DNA of 64,000 nt from Raillietiella orientalis (taxonomy: Eukaryota): assembly GCA_036172245.1 (NCBI GenBank), contig JAYWIR010000034.1, positions 2,108,001 through 2,172,000 of the forward strand. The letters are read 5' to 3'. This document shows positions 11,745-24,924 of the stretch, piece by piece. The number at the start of each line of letters is the position of its first letter. Within the stretch, counting starts at the first letter, position 1. The notes under the pieces are model-generated. The model did no database searches, was not told where the DNA came from, and saw only the letters and a program-made list of their open reading frames with translations. The position numbers and the translations under genes were made by a program.

Positions 11745-14700
11745 ATGGATGAAAATGATGATGGCAAATCGGAACATGTTGCTGTTCCACAGGTTTCTCA
11801 GGTCAACTAGAAAAGACTTTTAGTTTAGAATAGTGTAATTGTCATAGAATAATTTTATTGCGAAGTTTCCAAAATCAAAATATTCTGAATACTTTTTATG
11901 AGAAAGTCTTGTAACCATAATTTGTGTAAACCTGTGGTAGATTTAATAAGTTGCTTTATGAAGTAATGGATTGTTTCATAAGTTATACATTTATTCTCTT
12001 TAAAAAAATGATCTTTAGAAGCATTTGTATGAACCAATTGAGTTGCATGTTAGTTCAGATGCCTTTGTATTTAAGGAAAATGAAAATAATCACAAACAAT
12101 GTGTTTGATTCTTTAAACATTTATCATAACTGTTGTCAACATGCATGTTTGATGTTTCATGTAGCAGCAGCTCAGAAATGAAGACAAAACTGCTGCAATT
12201 AATATTGCAGAGTGTTTCAACAGTCTAGATACAATAGTGAAAGTTTTAGCTAATTTCTTTCAATGATAATCTGATTTAGCAATTTAGTTTGTTTTTTACC
12301 CTCCTTGATTTATGGTAGAAGTTTTCCAGATATCCCATGGTACAAATAGCTAAAAAGCTCAATTGTCTATTTAACTGCACAAATGCCTGTCAGTCTTTTT
12401 GAGAATTTTACATATCTTGTATTTGTTAATCCAGCATTGGCAATAAATCTTGTGTACAGAATATTCTAGACTGTTGTGACATAGAATGCTTGTAAACCTG
12501 ACCGAGTTAGATTCATGACAAGAATTCACTCCTATATGCAACATGTGAGAAGTTTGAATCAGAATCTTACCTGTTCCTTCAGTTGATCTATACATAAAGA
12601 CATTAAATTTTGCATTTGGTAATCTATGAAAGCTATTTTATTTGGAGTTATTGAGTGTGAAGTCATTCTTTGCTGTTTTGTTGTCCAGTCACAAAGAATT
12701 TCTTGAAAACTTTCATAAAATCACAGAAGAGTTAGTTTTCTTGTATTTTAATGCCTGATTATGTTGTTAGGATATGATCTTATCCAGAAATGCTGCTATG
12801 TGCATTTTGTTTTATCAGTCCTTTTGTCATGTGGTCCTTACCTTATTGTGCTTTCTAGCAATTTTTAGTTAGTCTGATACAGCAAGATTTCTGGTATTGC
12901 ATTGCACATGATTAATTTCACTGCATTGAATCTCACAGAATCTCAATAAAAGTATGGACAAATCCGTCGTACAATGTAATTTAATTGAAGAACAAGAGTA
13001 AATTATATTCCCCCCCCCCCATTTTTGTTCTCACTTAATTCGAAAACTAACATCATTATTGTTAAATAAATAATCATTTTTAAATTAATCTCTAGGACAT
13101 CCTATCTAATCTAGTAAGCCATTTAAATTTTGAATCGGTTTTTAGTTCAGTTGGTTAATGAATGAGATCTTTGTGCAGGCTTTGTTTCATCCTTTATAAA
13201 TATGTCTTAAAAATTAATGTCCATAATGTGATGGTAGGATTCAAGCAATCTTTGTAGGTATTACATTTTTCATGTTCATCTGTTTTGTGCTTTATGAAAT
13301 CAGCTATACAGAAAGAAGCATTATTGTTTTCTCAGTGAATAGTTCATCAAAGGAAAGAATTCAAAGATTCATTTAAAATCAAATGTCTGCCAAAATGGAA
13401 GAGCAGTTAAATTTTTTTTATTTTTTGATATAAATGAGTTTTAAATGTGATGAAATATTGTGTGTAATGCAAGATTCCATATATTAGGTTTCAGATTTTT
13501 GATTTGACTTTGCAATGCAGCTACTGCTTATGAGTGAATACATAACACACATAATAGTTTTGATAGAGTACTAATGAAAATATAAATATTTCAGCATAAT
13601 CAGTCCACTGTTGAAGTTCCAGCAGTATACGGGTCACAAAAAGATACTGTCCAAAATGTTTCTGGTAATTTAATTTATTTGTTATTAGATTTTAGTCATT
13701 TATTTCTTGATGTCTGTAAACATGCTTTTTATAAACTCACAATGCCATCTTAATCTTACATGTATTGATTCAAGTAAATTTAATTTCATTTATATTTGTA
13801 CATATTCATTTTCGTTATATTGCAGACGATTCCGAATCTAGAAATGATGCAAATAATATAAATGCTGGCAAGTTTCAAATCTCAGAATTCCTGTGTGCTG
13901 AAGAGGAGGATCTTGTGGAAATTGTTATGCCATCATGGTACAATTGTGAAGAATTGGAAAAAGATAGAAAGCAGATTTATTGTGTTCCATGTTTTCAAGG
14001 TACGTGTACTTGTTTAGTTTCTAAAGAAGGATCTTTCAGTGAAATTAGACTTGTATTACTGCATGTATTTTTCTATTTGAGGCAAATAAAAACAGTGAAT
14101 AGGGATCCAATAGTGGATAACTTGTAAATATCGGAATCTGATTTTTAAAAGATTGCATATTTTCGTAGTCATTCAGTTTTCATCTTTGATTCTATTTTGA
14201 AAGACAGTGTTTATCTCAAAAACTAAGCAAAAAAAATTAAAATAAAGTTGTAATAATCATTAATACAGCCCTGCTCCTTTTTTGTTTTACTCCAATGACA
14301 TTCAAGCAGAAAAACTACAAAGATCACAGTGTTGTGCTAAGAAATTTCTTCTACTGAAGAATTATTTAGTAATGTAATGAAACAATGTGGTAATAAGTAA
14401 TGTGGTGACGTTGTTCTCATTTAGATTCAGCTAGCAACTAATGTGGACAAAAATATAAACGTACATTGCTATTTGCAAAGTGAAGAGTAAGAACAGTGTT
14501 CCATATAATTGGCGTTTATTAATTTACCAGTTATATGGAATGCTATTTTTGTGAATTTAGATAACTTTTTAAATTAGATCATAAATTTTTGAAAATTATG
14601 GTAACTATATGAATATAATTTACTAATGATAGTAAATGAATTCATATGCTTTCATGCATTTGTCTTCTTTGTGTTGTCATGTTATTTAGTGCTAAAATAT

Positions 14701-17700
14701 TTTCTTTTTTAGTTTTAGTACTGTAATTAGATTTCTGTTAGATATTTTGCTTTGATATGCTTTTTGTAGAAAGTTGCATTCCTGAAAAACTTATCTCAAT
14801 AATCAGACTGAACAGAGTTCTCTTTCAGCATCAGATACAAAGATCTCACCTATTTGCAATCGAATTGAAGAAGGACTGTATGTTGGCAGAAAATGTCAAC
14901 CACCCCTTAGTAGCAAGCTAAAAATGCATTGGAGACTTAAAGATCAAAAGTAAATCCTTTTTTTAGTTTTTTTTTCGTCAGAATCGTAAAGATCAGATTT
15001 TAAACATTTTCTCGTGCTTGAATTGCTCTCATATTTGAAATTAGCATTTTCTTCAACAAATGTGGGCTGAAGAAATTGCACCATGTTTTGTTTTAAATTG
15101 ATACTTCATTGTTGCAATTATACGTACATGTCTGCATCTTTAGAATGAAGGTTGATGCAGTTTTTCAAAATGAAAACTTGACGTGAAGTTATTGACTTTA
15201 AAATTAGTTGTGATTGGTTTTTAATGTATTCTTGCATTATAATATTAATTTATATTTATATTACATATTAAGCTATTTTCTATAACTAACAAGATAATTA
15301 TTGTTGGATCGTAACCCACCCCTTGTAAATAAATATCACTAGTTGATGTTTGAATGAGAAACTAATCATCGAGGTGCTAATGTGTGAATTATTTCTTGGG
15401 CTCATCATAGAAAGGCTTTCAATGGAGGAAAACAGCAGCAAGCACTTTCTTAAATTGTGTTTATTGTAGAATACAAATAACTAACTGTTTCCTTAATGGG
15501 AATAATTTCGTTTTCACGCGATATCTTTACTATAGAGAGTAAAACTTTCGATGTAGGTTATTTTTGAAGAGTTCCAGAATTCTAATTCAGAACCTAATTC
15601 AGAGTTCCCTTCTTTGGAAATACGAATTTTTTGGAATCCCTCTCTCCCCTTTCGTGCCTTTCTTTTTAAATTGATTTCGTACAACCTCTGATGTTTGTTT
15701 TGTTAAGAACTGTATGAAAATAAAGAGGATGATTTTTGTAGGAATGTGGTATTTCATGACTTAGACTGGCAGTTTACAGAATCTTCAAACGTTGAGGAAC
15801 TTCCTTAACTGTAGATTTTCTGAGTGATCAGTGATATAATTTTTCGTTGACTCTATGTTTTCGCATTTATTTCTCGTGATAGGTGAGTGAGCTTATACAG
15901 TGCATCATGAGACAGCAGATTGAAAACACATTTGAATATTTATTGGTTTTCTGTATGAGTAGCAGGAATTATGAATTTCAAAATTCGAGAATGTATTTCG
16001 ATACCACCGTTTTGTTCAAGATATTAGATTCAGATTTTTGTCTTTGTATTCATGAACCATACAGTAATTCTTTCTGTAATAATTATTAGAGTCGTCTGAA
16101 GTTCACATTTGGTTCGATTCATTTTGCAAATCAGATGCTTCCACACAAGTACGAAAGTAGGAAAAACTGAAGTGGTTCTCATTCATTCCTCTAATCAGGA
16201 ATTTCTCATTATGATTTCAGCTATGAGTCAATAGTTTTTCTTGCAATGTATGTGCAGTTTCTCTCTTTAAGCTGTTGCATTTGAGCATGTATTGAAAGAA
16301 TTTCCACATCTTTTACGAAGACTTGTGGGATATTCCCAAAGTGTCTAAAAGAATCTCAAGTCTCTTCAAAAATAACAGTGAAGTATTTAAAACTTCATTG
16401 TTTTCACCAGTTAACTTTACAAAATTGGAGGTTTTGATTGAAACAAAAATATTTCCTTAGTCTATCTGTGCCATTAATTATCCAGTATCTTTTCATAGTT
16501 CCCTGATGGTTCACTTCAAAATTTTTCCACCATTTGTCTGATATAATTTTATACTCTTTAGCTTTTATCTAAGGATTAATAAATAATTATGTGCCTAATG
16601 CTTAAAATTCTACAAATTAAAGAACTTACTCTTTTAAATGAAACGTTTGATTTGATTAAAATTAAAGGTAAGGTGAGAACCATTTGGTGGTACTGTGGAA
16701 AAAGACAATTTGAGCACCTGGTGTGCTAAATAATGTGTTAGAAAAACGTCATAGGTTTCAGTTGTTTATCTTTCCCTTAAGATATTCAGAATTCATGTTT
16801 CTATTTTATGCATGTTTAGCGACAGTACCATTCAACTTCATGAACTACCATTTCATTGACTCTACGAGAATACTCGGTAGCCTGTTTCTTTTGCAGAGAA
16901 TGGTTTGATGAGCAAGGTGAAATTAGATCTTTATTCGATCCTCTTGTTTCTTCAAAAAGGTTTCCTTCATTGAAAACAGGATCCAAAGATGTTGTGTGTA
17001 AGGTTTGTATTTCCTGATTTCTCGTTCATGTCTGTTGTCAATTTTTTGCAGAATTTAACCATTAATAGTTTGCAGATTTCTGAAGACCATTTTGCTCAGT
17101 TGAGCATAGATGTTCAGTCAGTAGAGTTCCAGTACCATTATTTATTTAGTGATGAACACATTATAGCCAAAGAATTAGAACTGTTATGTAATAAATTCGA
17201 GTACTTGCAAAGAAGCAACAAGCTTGACTTTTTGAACAAGAAACTTCATGCTCTCAGAGCAAATTATAAAAGATTTGTGGAAATTATCCTTCTAAAAGAT
17301 ATGCCTATTGAATTAGAACAAGAAAAACGTGTTAAACTTTATGAGCAAAACATCGCATGCACAGAACAAGAAAGGGACAATGTTAGTGCTTTAGAAAGAC
17401 AACTTTTGAAATCCATCGTGATCACATGGAAGAAGCTGAAATCATTGAGGCAAAAACAAGGATTTAGTAGTACTTCACTAAAGTTACATATTGCTAATAG
17501 GAAGAAGGAAGAAAAAAATGAATCACTGCTAGAGCTGAAAACTAATTCTGAAATTGAAAAATCACATTCAACCTCATCACTGGTAACTTAGCATTTTAAT
17601 ATATTTTTAGGTTTTGGAGAGAAATAAGGTGAAGTTAAATGAAATGCTTATTTTTACAGTGTATTCATACCTTCTCTTAGAATCTCTATTTCCATGATAA

Positions 17701-20700
17701 CTTTATTTTCATTTTCATGTAACTAACCATTTATGCTTGAGATTAAAGACGATTTTAAAATGATGCAACAGGGTTTGCAATTTTTCTTAATTCAGGGCAA
17801 GAAAGAATACACCGATTCAGTAGATGTTAGTAAAGAACAACTGCAAGATGAAGAGAAGAATACCTCTGAAGAATCACAGTTGAAAGTATTTTTGCAGTCT
17901 TCTCCTATTTCTAGTGATGATAAGTGTCCCAGGTACATGAATACATGATTTTCATTCATTAGGTAATTCATAATAATGATATATAGTGAACTTTTCTTTA
18001 TCCGTATTCATAAGTCATTTCCACGAGTAAGAACTTAATTGTTTATTGGATTTGAATTTTATGCCAAGAAATGCTGAACAAAGTTAAATGTTTGCATATG
18101 AAAGACTATTTTAGCTATTTTAGGGGTTTCAGTTCGCATTCTGTAAGGATTGGTCAAGAGTTCGGTTTCTCATTCCGTGTAATAATATTAATATTATCCT
18201 GTGTAATGTTACAACAGTAGTATTAATTGTTAAATTCATCCTTAAAGGAAAGAAGTACTTCGTAGATGTAAAGTACGGAAACTGAGAATATCTGTCAGAG
18301 TTTTCATAAATCAGAAAGAAGTATGCAGTACAGTTCCTGTTTCTATGCCCCATGATTTTCATGCAAATATCAAGCAAGTCTTTAATGTCAGAACTCTATA
18401 TATTCCACAGAATATTGCTCTTCATATCTTGCAAGATGATGGTGTAACAAAGAATTGCGTGGCTGAATTATATATTGCAATCCCTAGCTGGTAGGTGTTC
18501 TTATTATTAGTTCGTTTTACCATTATTACTTTTCTATCCATTTTATTCCAATTGACTTGCACAGATGCTGCTGCACTTTGCACTTTCTGTTTATCAAACA
18601 AATACTAGTTACATTGTAGTAATGTTACTGAAAGCAATATTACTACTGAAGTAGCAGAATTTGCATCTTCTAAAAGCTTCCCAAATAAACACGTTGGGAA
18701 TAATAGTGAAAACAAAAGAATTTTTGGAAATGCAAAATACATCATTTTTTGGAACAAAAACAATAAACAGGAGTCTCAGAGGTATTTGAGGGGAGGGAAC
18801 AGACATAATCATGAATCTTTAAAGATGTTACATAAATGATTTCTTACCAATGAAGTACTTTAATCAGCAACAGTGGACTGGTCCAAATTGCTTTGATCCT
18901 CATGATCCAAGACAAAGCATATTATTTGATGTGTTTGAAGTAAGTAACAGTAATTTAACTCTTGATTTTAAAACTCTAATAAAGCCCTGTTCTTTCATCA
19001 GAAACCTGTTTTAACAGTTTTTAATGACCATAGTAGTGGATTTTAATTGTATTTTTTATTGTCTACTTGTAAAGATGATGCAATTTCAGAACGAGAATGA
19101 AGACAAAAGTGTTCGTAGTAAATTTTTCCGACTAAACTCTATACAGAATCAGTTTTGTTCAAAAGAACTGGCAGATTTTAACATCAGATTTAATTTGTTG
19201 CAATTGCGAAATAACAAAATTCCGGAATACGCCCAACTTAAAATGATACCCTGTGAAGAGAAGTACATCACTCGCGATTTATTAAAAGTGAATACTACCA
19301 TTTACTGTAAATCATGTTTTCTTATTATTACAATTTCAGCCTGTGAACGAGATAGATACTTTACCTCAGGGTAAACAATTTGCCTCAAGAAAAAATGATA
19401 CTGCTAGTAACCTTTATCGAATTAGAAATCAAATACTTCGCCATTTGCAAATGCAGCAGAAACCAATTAAAGTAGAAGACATCATATATGAAAACAAAAT
19501 ACCATGTATCAGGTAATTAGAGCAAAATTTTCAAACACTATTTACTTGAAAATAATCCGTGAAATACAACTTTGAGACACATTTCATTACAATGCCCTGA
19601 TTAACGATTACTTTTAGATCTCTTAGATCAAACTTAGCTATTCTCAATTTTTCTTTTCGACCTTTGAAGCCTAAAAGAAAAATGCAAAAAAAGATCACAT
19701 TACAGAACATGAGAGGTCAAGATGTATTTCTCGTGGTGACAGTGATTCGAGCAATGAATCTTCCCATAAGACAGCACTCTAACCTTTTGGTCATACATAC
19801 TGGTATTCATGGATGCCACATTGCATTTTCCTTCACTGTGTTCTAGATAAAAAAACAGATATTGAGAATGTTCAGCTAAATCCTTTTGTTGAGATTCAAT
19901 TGGGAAAGTATTTGACACGTTCTTTTCCTGGTCAAGGTAACTGTCCAACTTGGAATCAAGAACTTCGCTTCCCTTTGAAGTGAGTGTCATGAGAAACTTT
20001 GCAACCTTAAAAGTCATGTATCAGGGAGTTTAACATAGCTGAACCAAATAATTTATTAGATGACATTTGCTTAAACTTATTCGACGAAATAAATATATCT
20101 TTAAGTGAAGATAAAGTGGTTACACAGAAATATTGGCTGGGAAGTCTCAAGATACCTTTATCCACTGTACTGACTGTTGGTAGAGTAAGCAAAACATTAT
20201 CAAATTCACGATTTCCAAAATATAACTTAGTTGGAAGGAACATATCCTCTTTATAAACCTGAAATAATTCTTGGTTACCATTCTGCAAGAATGAACAACA
20301 AAAATGAGAATGGAGTCTACATTACCCTCTTCATAACTTGTGATTCTCCTCTTTCTCATTCAGATAACTTAAAAGCAGAAGTATGTGTAGATGCGGTTAC
20401 AGTTGAAGTAAAGTATTTGTAGATTGGATTTTGTGCAGATAATACTAGTGACCCCATTTTGCTTCGAGCTATGCAATGGATAAAAGAACTGCAGAAATAC
20501 AGATGTCCTCAGTTCTTTCCATTCGTTTTTGATATAAATGGCCACCCCACACTTGTCTGTCGATATCTACACCCTTTAGCACCTCCTGTTTCCCTCATGC
20601 AAAATGGAGACAGTCAACAAGACCCAAGTTTTATATTAGCACATTTTGTATCACTTATACCATGTATACATGCTGAGCCTTTGAATGCAATTATCTGGCC

Positions 20701-21748
20701 AACAGTCGAGGTAGTATTTTCATTACATGAATGATTTTTATCAATGTTTTCAGCAATTCGTATCTCTTCTGTGTGGTGGAGCAGAAGAACATGCCATTCT
20801 TCTAGCTTGCTTTTTTCTTCATCTTGGAAAAGAAACATGGATTGTCCTTGGGACAGCTGTTCCAGAAGGAAGAACAGCTTTTGTTTTGACGAAGGTAGAA
20901 AAGAATGTCTGTGCTCTCATATATCAGCATTTTAAATTAGGAAACCATAAATGGAGGGAAAAAAGTTCATCTTTGGAATGCAGTCACAGGGAAAAGTATT
21001 GAATGCACAGAAACAACTTGTTGCAGCTTGCAAGTCTTCTGCGTTTTCAATCAGCATAATGTAAGAAATAATTTGCACTTGTACCAATGAATGTTTGATT
21101 TTCAGGTGTGGGCGAACATTCAAACCACAGATAATATTGCAAAAATGAATTTTGATTTTGAGTGCGGTAAGTATTGGCATCCTCTGTTAAAGGTGCGGAG
21201 TTCTGATCGAAGCATTCAACCAAACAAAATTCATTTCACGCCAGTTGACCTAAATTTAACACATCATCTCCAAATCACACTTGATGCAAAAATGAAGGAT
21301 AGTTTTATGCTATGGAGAAGAGACCAAAGGTAAAATTTGTTCAGAGGATCAAAACCATAACTCAATGTTAGAACTACATGGAATCGCCACTGTAATGTGG
21401 TTTTGAGACAAAATTTGCACCAACTGGAGACAAATTTCATGCAGCCACAAAACCAACAGGCAGTTCGAGAATCTTATTTAAGACAACTCCAGTCTATATG
21501 GAATGTTTATCAGGTAAACACAAAGTAGCATTCATATGCATTTGTTAATTTCATTGTAGGTTTTTGGCTTTGTTATGCAAACACCGTTTTCAGATGTTCA
21601 GAGCTGTTGCGATTTATTACAATCAACAAAACTTCATGAGCTGAACACCCCTGAAATCGAGTTTGCTCTTGCATGCAATGTCCATTCATATGAAGGTGGT
21701 GTGCATTCTGTGTGGATGGCTGTAGCTGCACTGATTAAGCACCAGTGA
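11745..21748 (+). CDS. CC2D2A: Coiled-coil and C2 domain-containing protein 2A (ciliary transition zone, MKS6); multi-exon, 5' exons uncertain
   Basis: Spliced exons give EEGLYVG (~14.87 kb), WFDEQGEIRSLFDP (16.9 kb), FHYLFSDEH-like coiled-coil region, C2-like VIRAMNLPIR and NPFVEI...CPTWNQEL, LVCRYLHPLAPP, GGAEEHAILLACFF, VWANIQ, TTWNRHC and C-terminal EFALACNVHSYEGGVHSVWMAVAAL, with stop at 21746-21748. The start at 11745 is tentative. Confidence 0.9.
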
Positions 21749-21806
21749 TTCTCAAAATCTCTAATGTTGCATTGCATTGTCATGTTGGTAATCATTTTCC
21801 AGCATA

Positions 21807-24800
21807 TTATGGTTTATCAAGAGAAAGCAAAACAGTAATTAAACTGTCTAGTCCAAACATAAAACCACTATCTGGTCCGTTGTAAGATGTGGGATCATCT
21901 AGGTTGTTATGTGTGGAATGTGCAAAATCAATAATACGTACATCGGTATCTGTCTCATTCTGGGAAGAAGTAGACCCTTCTCCAAATTGCTGTTGGCATA
22001 TTTCTTTGCACATTTCCTTATCGTTGTTCACCCTCTGAGAAGACAGCACCCTACATTTGTCACATCTATCTACTGCAAGCTGTGATTTATCACAACCTTC
22101 ATATAATATGAGAAGTGAACTTGAGAAGAAGCGAAATGAATCTAATTTCACAATAACTTCTTTCAGATGTTGTAGTTTCCGAATAAGCAGTCTTAAAACA
22201 TCATAACGAAGTTCTAGACCATTGAATAAAAAGTCATACACTGCATTTTTAAATCCATTAACTGACAGACTCCTGCCAAAGTATTTATCCTTGCACAGAT
22301 AGTTACCAGTAGTTACACGATAAGACTGAAGCCATATATTCCAACTGCTGCTAAACATGCCCTTTATAACTACCTGCATTCCTGAAATACGAAGACCAAT
22401 TTTACTGGATGTTGTGTTTTCCACTTTGGCTTCCTGGGATTTGATTTTGCTTAGGGAAGCATCATCCCCATAATGACGAACACCCATTTTTAAATCTAAT
22501 ACACAAGGATGATGATATCGTGATGTCAAGTTCTCCAAAATAATAAACTCTGCAATTAGATTCGAATAACTAATCCGATTTTCCTTCAAACTCAGTATTT
22601 GTGCAAATAATTATGATTGACAATCTCCCAACACTTATTAATAGGACACACATGCACACACACACACAGACATACACACACACATATATATATAACGGGA
22701 ATTCGTAAACATATAATGTTTACTAAATTTCTCGCCAGTTTGGTGCAGTTTGATTCTTCTTTCACTATATAACATGAACAACAATATTTTGAAAAGAATC
22801 AATCAATTAAAACCTAATATACACTGCTAAATTATGACAACTTACATCAAAGTTCTCATTTCCAAATACCTTTGTGTCATTAATTCTACTGAGTTCTAAG
22901 CATGAAAATCAATGAAACACTTGTTATTTCTTCAACAGAACATTCTCAAGTTACATAAGGCAACTCAGAATTGAAAACTATGAAAGACAGATATGCAAGC
23001 TTTAAAAGTTCGTGAAAACATGCAATTTACTTTAAAATGAACCTATTAATCTATTTCCATAAAATTTGAATTCGATTACAGGGGAGGAGGGGGATAGAAA
23101 TGAAAAATGCATATTTAAAATGATCATGCTCAAGTTGCTATATGCAACATACTCTGTTAAGTTGAGAAAATGACAAATTTTTTAAATAATCTATAATGAA
23201 CTCGTAAGTCCTTCATATAAACTGTACTTTCAAACATAACTTTACTGTACTCTGCAAAGCATATTGCTATGTACTTTGCTCGAATTAAAAAGAAAAAAAT
23301 GCATACATAAGCATAGCAATATGCTTTTACAGGAAAAACTTTGAAGGCAACAAAAATGCAAATAAATAGAGACACTAAATACAAAATTAAACAAATTGTG
23401 TTCATCTTGGATACCTGTATTCTGATAATGGTCCCTAACATCCAGTTTCTGTTTAGTCAGAAATTTATATAAATTATTTCTATGACATCTGAAGACCCAT
23501 GGGTTATGGGTACATAAGGCACTATCAGCGTCTACATTTTCGAACAACATAGGATTGTCACTCTCTATTTCCACTTCATCATTATCAAATATCCGAAATC
23601 TAAAATGCAAATTTGTAAAAATAGACTCATGAATTATTTGAACCTTTGATAACAAATGAAATTCTTACATTTATGGTCAAATTTCGTAGATTTATCAAAA
23701 TCTTTTATTGCAAAATGCTTTACATTGAGGTTGAATCCTTTTAGTTTTACCCTAGTAATATTTATTTCTAAATTCTATTCACTGTTTATAGTCATGTAGT
23801 TGTGCATATTTGATACTATTCTCCCAAAAGACTTTGAGTTTGTATACATTAACAGCACATGTCTCTGTATAAAAACATAAATAAAATCTTCCGAAATTAC
23901 AATATGCAGAGATGTTATTCACAAAATATAATTTTCATGGAACATTTACATATAAAACATCCATTCATAATGATATTTTCTAATGAGTGAAACTATTTCC
24001 AGCTAAACACAACAAAGCAAACAATCCACACAAATCTTGACCGAATCTATTATTTCAGCTTCAAATGCTAAAATCTGATTTATAACCCTTCAAATCTGAA
24101 TATGATTTCTTATTTATATAATAAGCAAAAGAGCAAAAAATTTACATTGTCATTATTCAGTAAAATTTTTCTCCTACTTTACTTTATCTTTTCAAACTTA
24201 TTTTTCTGTTTAAATTTTATCACACTGGAAAACTTTCAATGGTGGAATAAATAAAACAACAAACATAATTCCAAGCATCTAAACTTATCATTCCAAACAA
24301 ACAATTTATACTACTTGACAAAAGAATGCATTTAAGCTGAACAACATGCTCCAGTTCCCATACGAAAATAATTAAGCCATGCCAAAATTGTAGGAAACGA
24401 AAACGGGCTCAGTAAATTCTAGTGCATTCAAATTTGCAAAAAACTGTCAACCTGCTTTGTTGCTTAGTTCTCTTAATTTCGACAGGATCCCTTCCAGAAA
24501 CATTTGCAAATACATTTATCAATCCATTATTTTCTTCATATATAGTTACTTTGATGACACCTTTGAACTTTGGAAGAAAGTTTTTCAATGTCTTAGGGAT
24601 ACTTTCATAGAACTTCAGCTCTCTTTCAATTAACGGTTTACAAACGGTATCATTATTAATAATAAACATTGATGAATGTCCACCAACTTGATGTTTGAAA
24701 GGTTCTAACTAAAATAGTTAAATACAAATTTTCTAAATAAAACACAGTTCCTTAATACAGACACTGGGTACAAGAATTTAACGAAATTTGTAATTAATGC

Positions 24801-24924
24801 TTGTTACGGCTCAATATTTAATAAAATTTCATGTACTGACAAATTTTTTAAATAACTATGAACTAATTTAGGCAAGAAATACCTGAATTCTTTGCACATT
24901 ACCCTTATTTTCATGAGAATCCAT
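21807..24924 (-). CDS. IP6K: Inositol hexakisphosphate kinase (exons 24924-24883, 24708-24452, 23599-23415, 22549-22374, 22325-21807)
   Basis: IP6K motifs: LEPFKHQVGGH, CKPLIERELKFYE, HNPW, FIILENL, PCVLDLKMG (PxxxDxKxG), FFSSSLLILYEG, VRIIDFAH, GPDSGFMFGLDSL. Confidence 0.95.
22647..22693. repeat. (CA)n/(TA)n microsatellite in an IP6K intron
   Basis: Read directly from the sequence. Confidence 0.9.
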
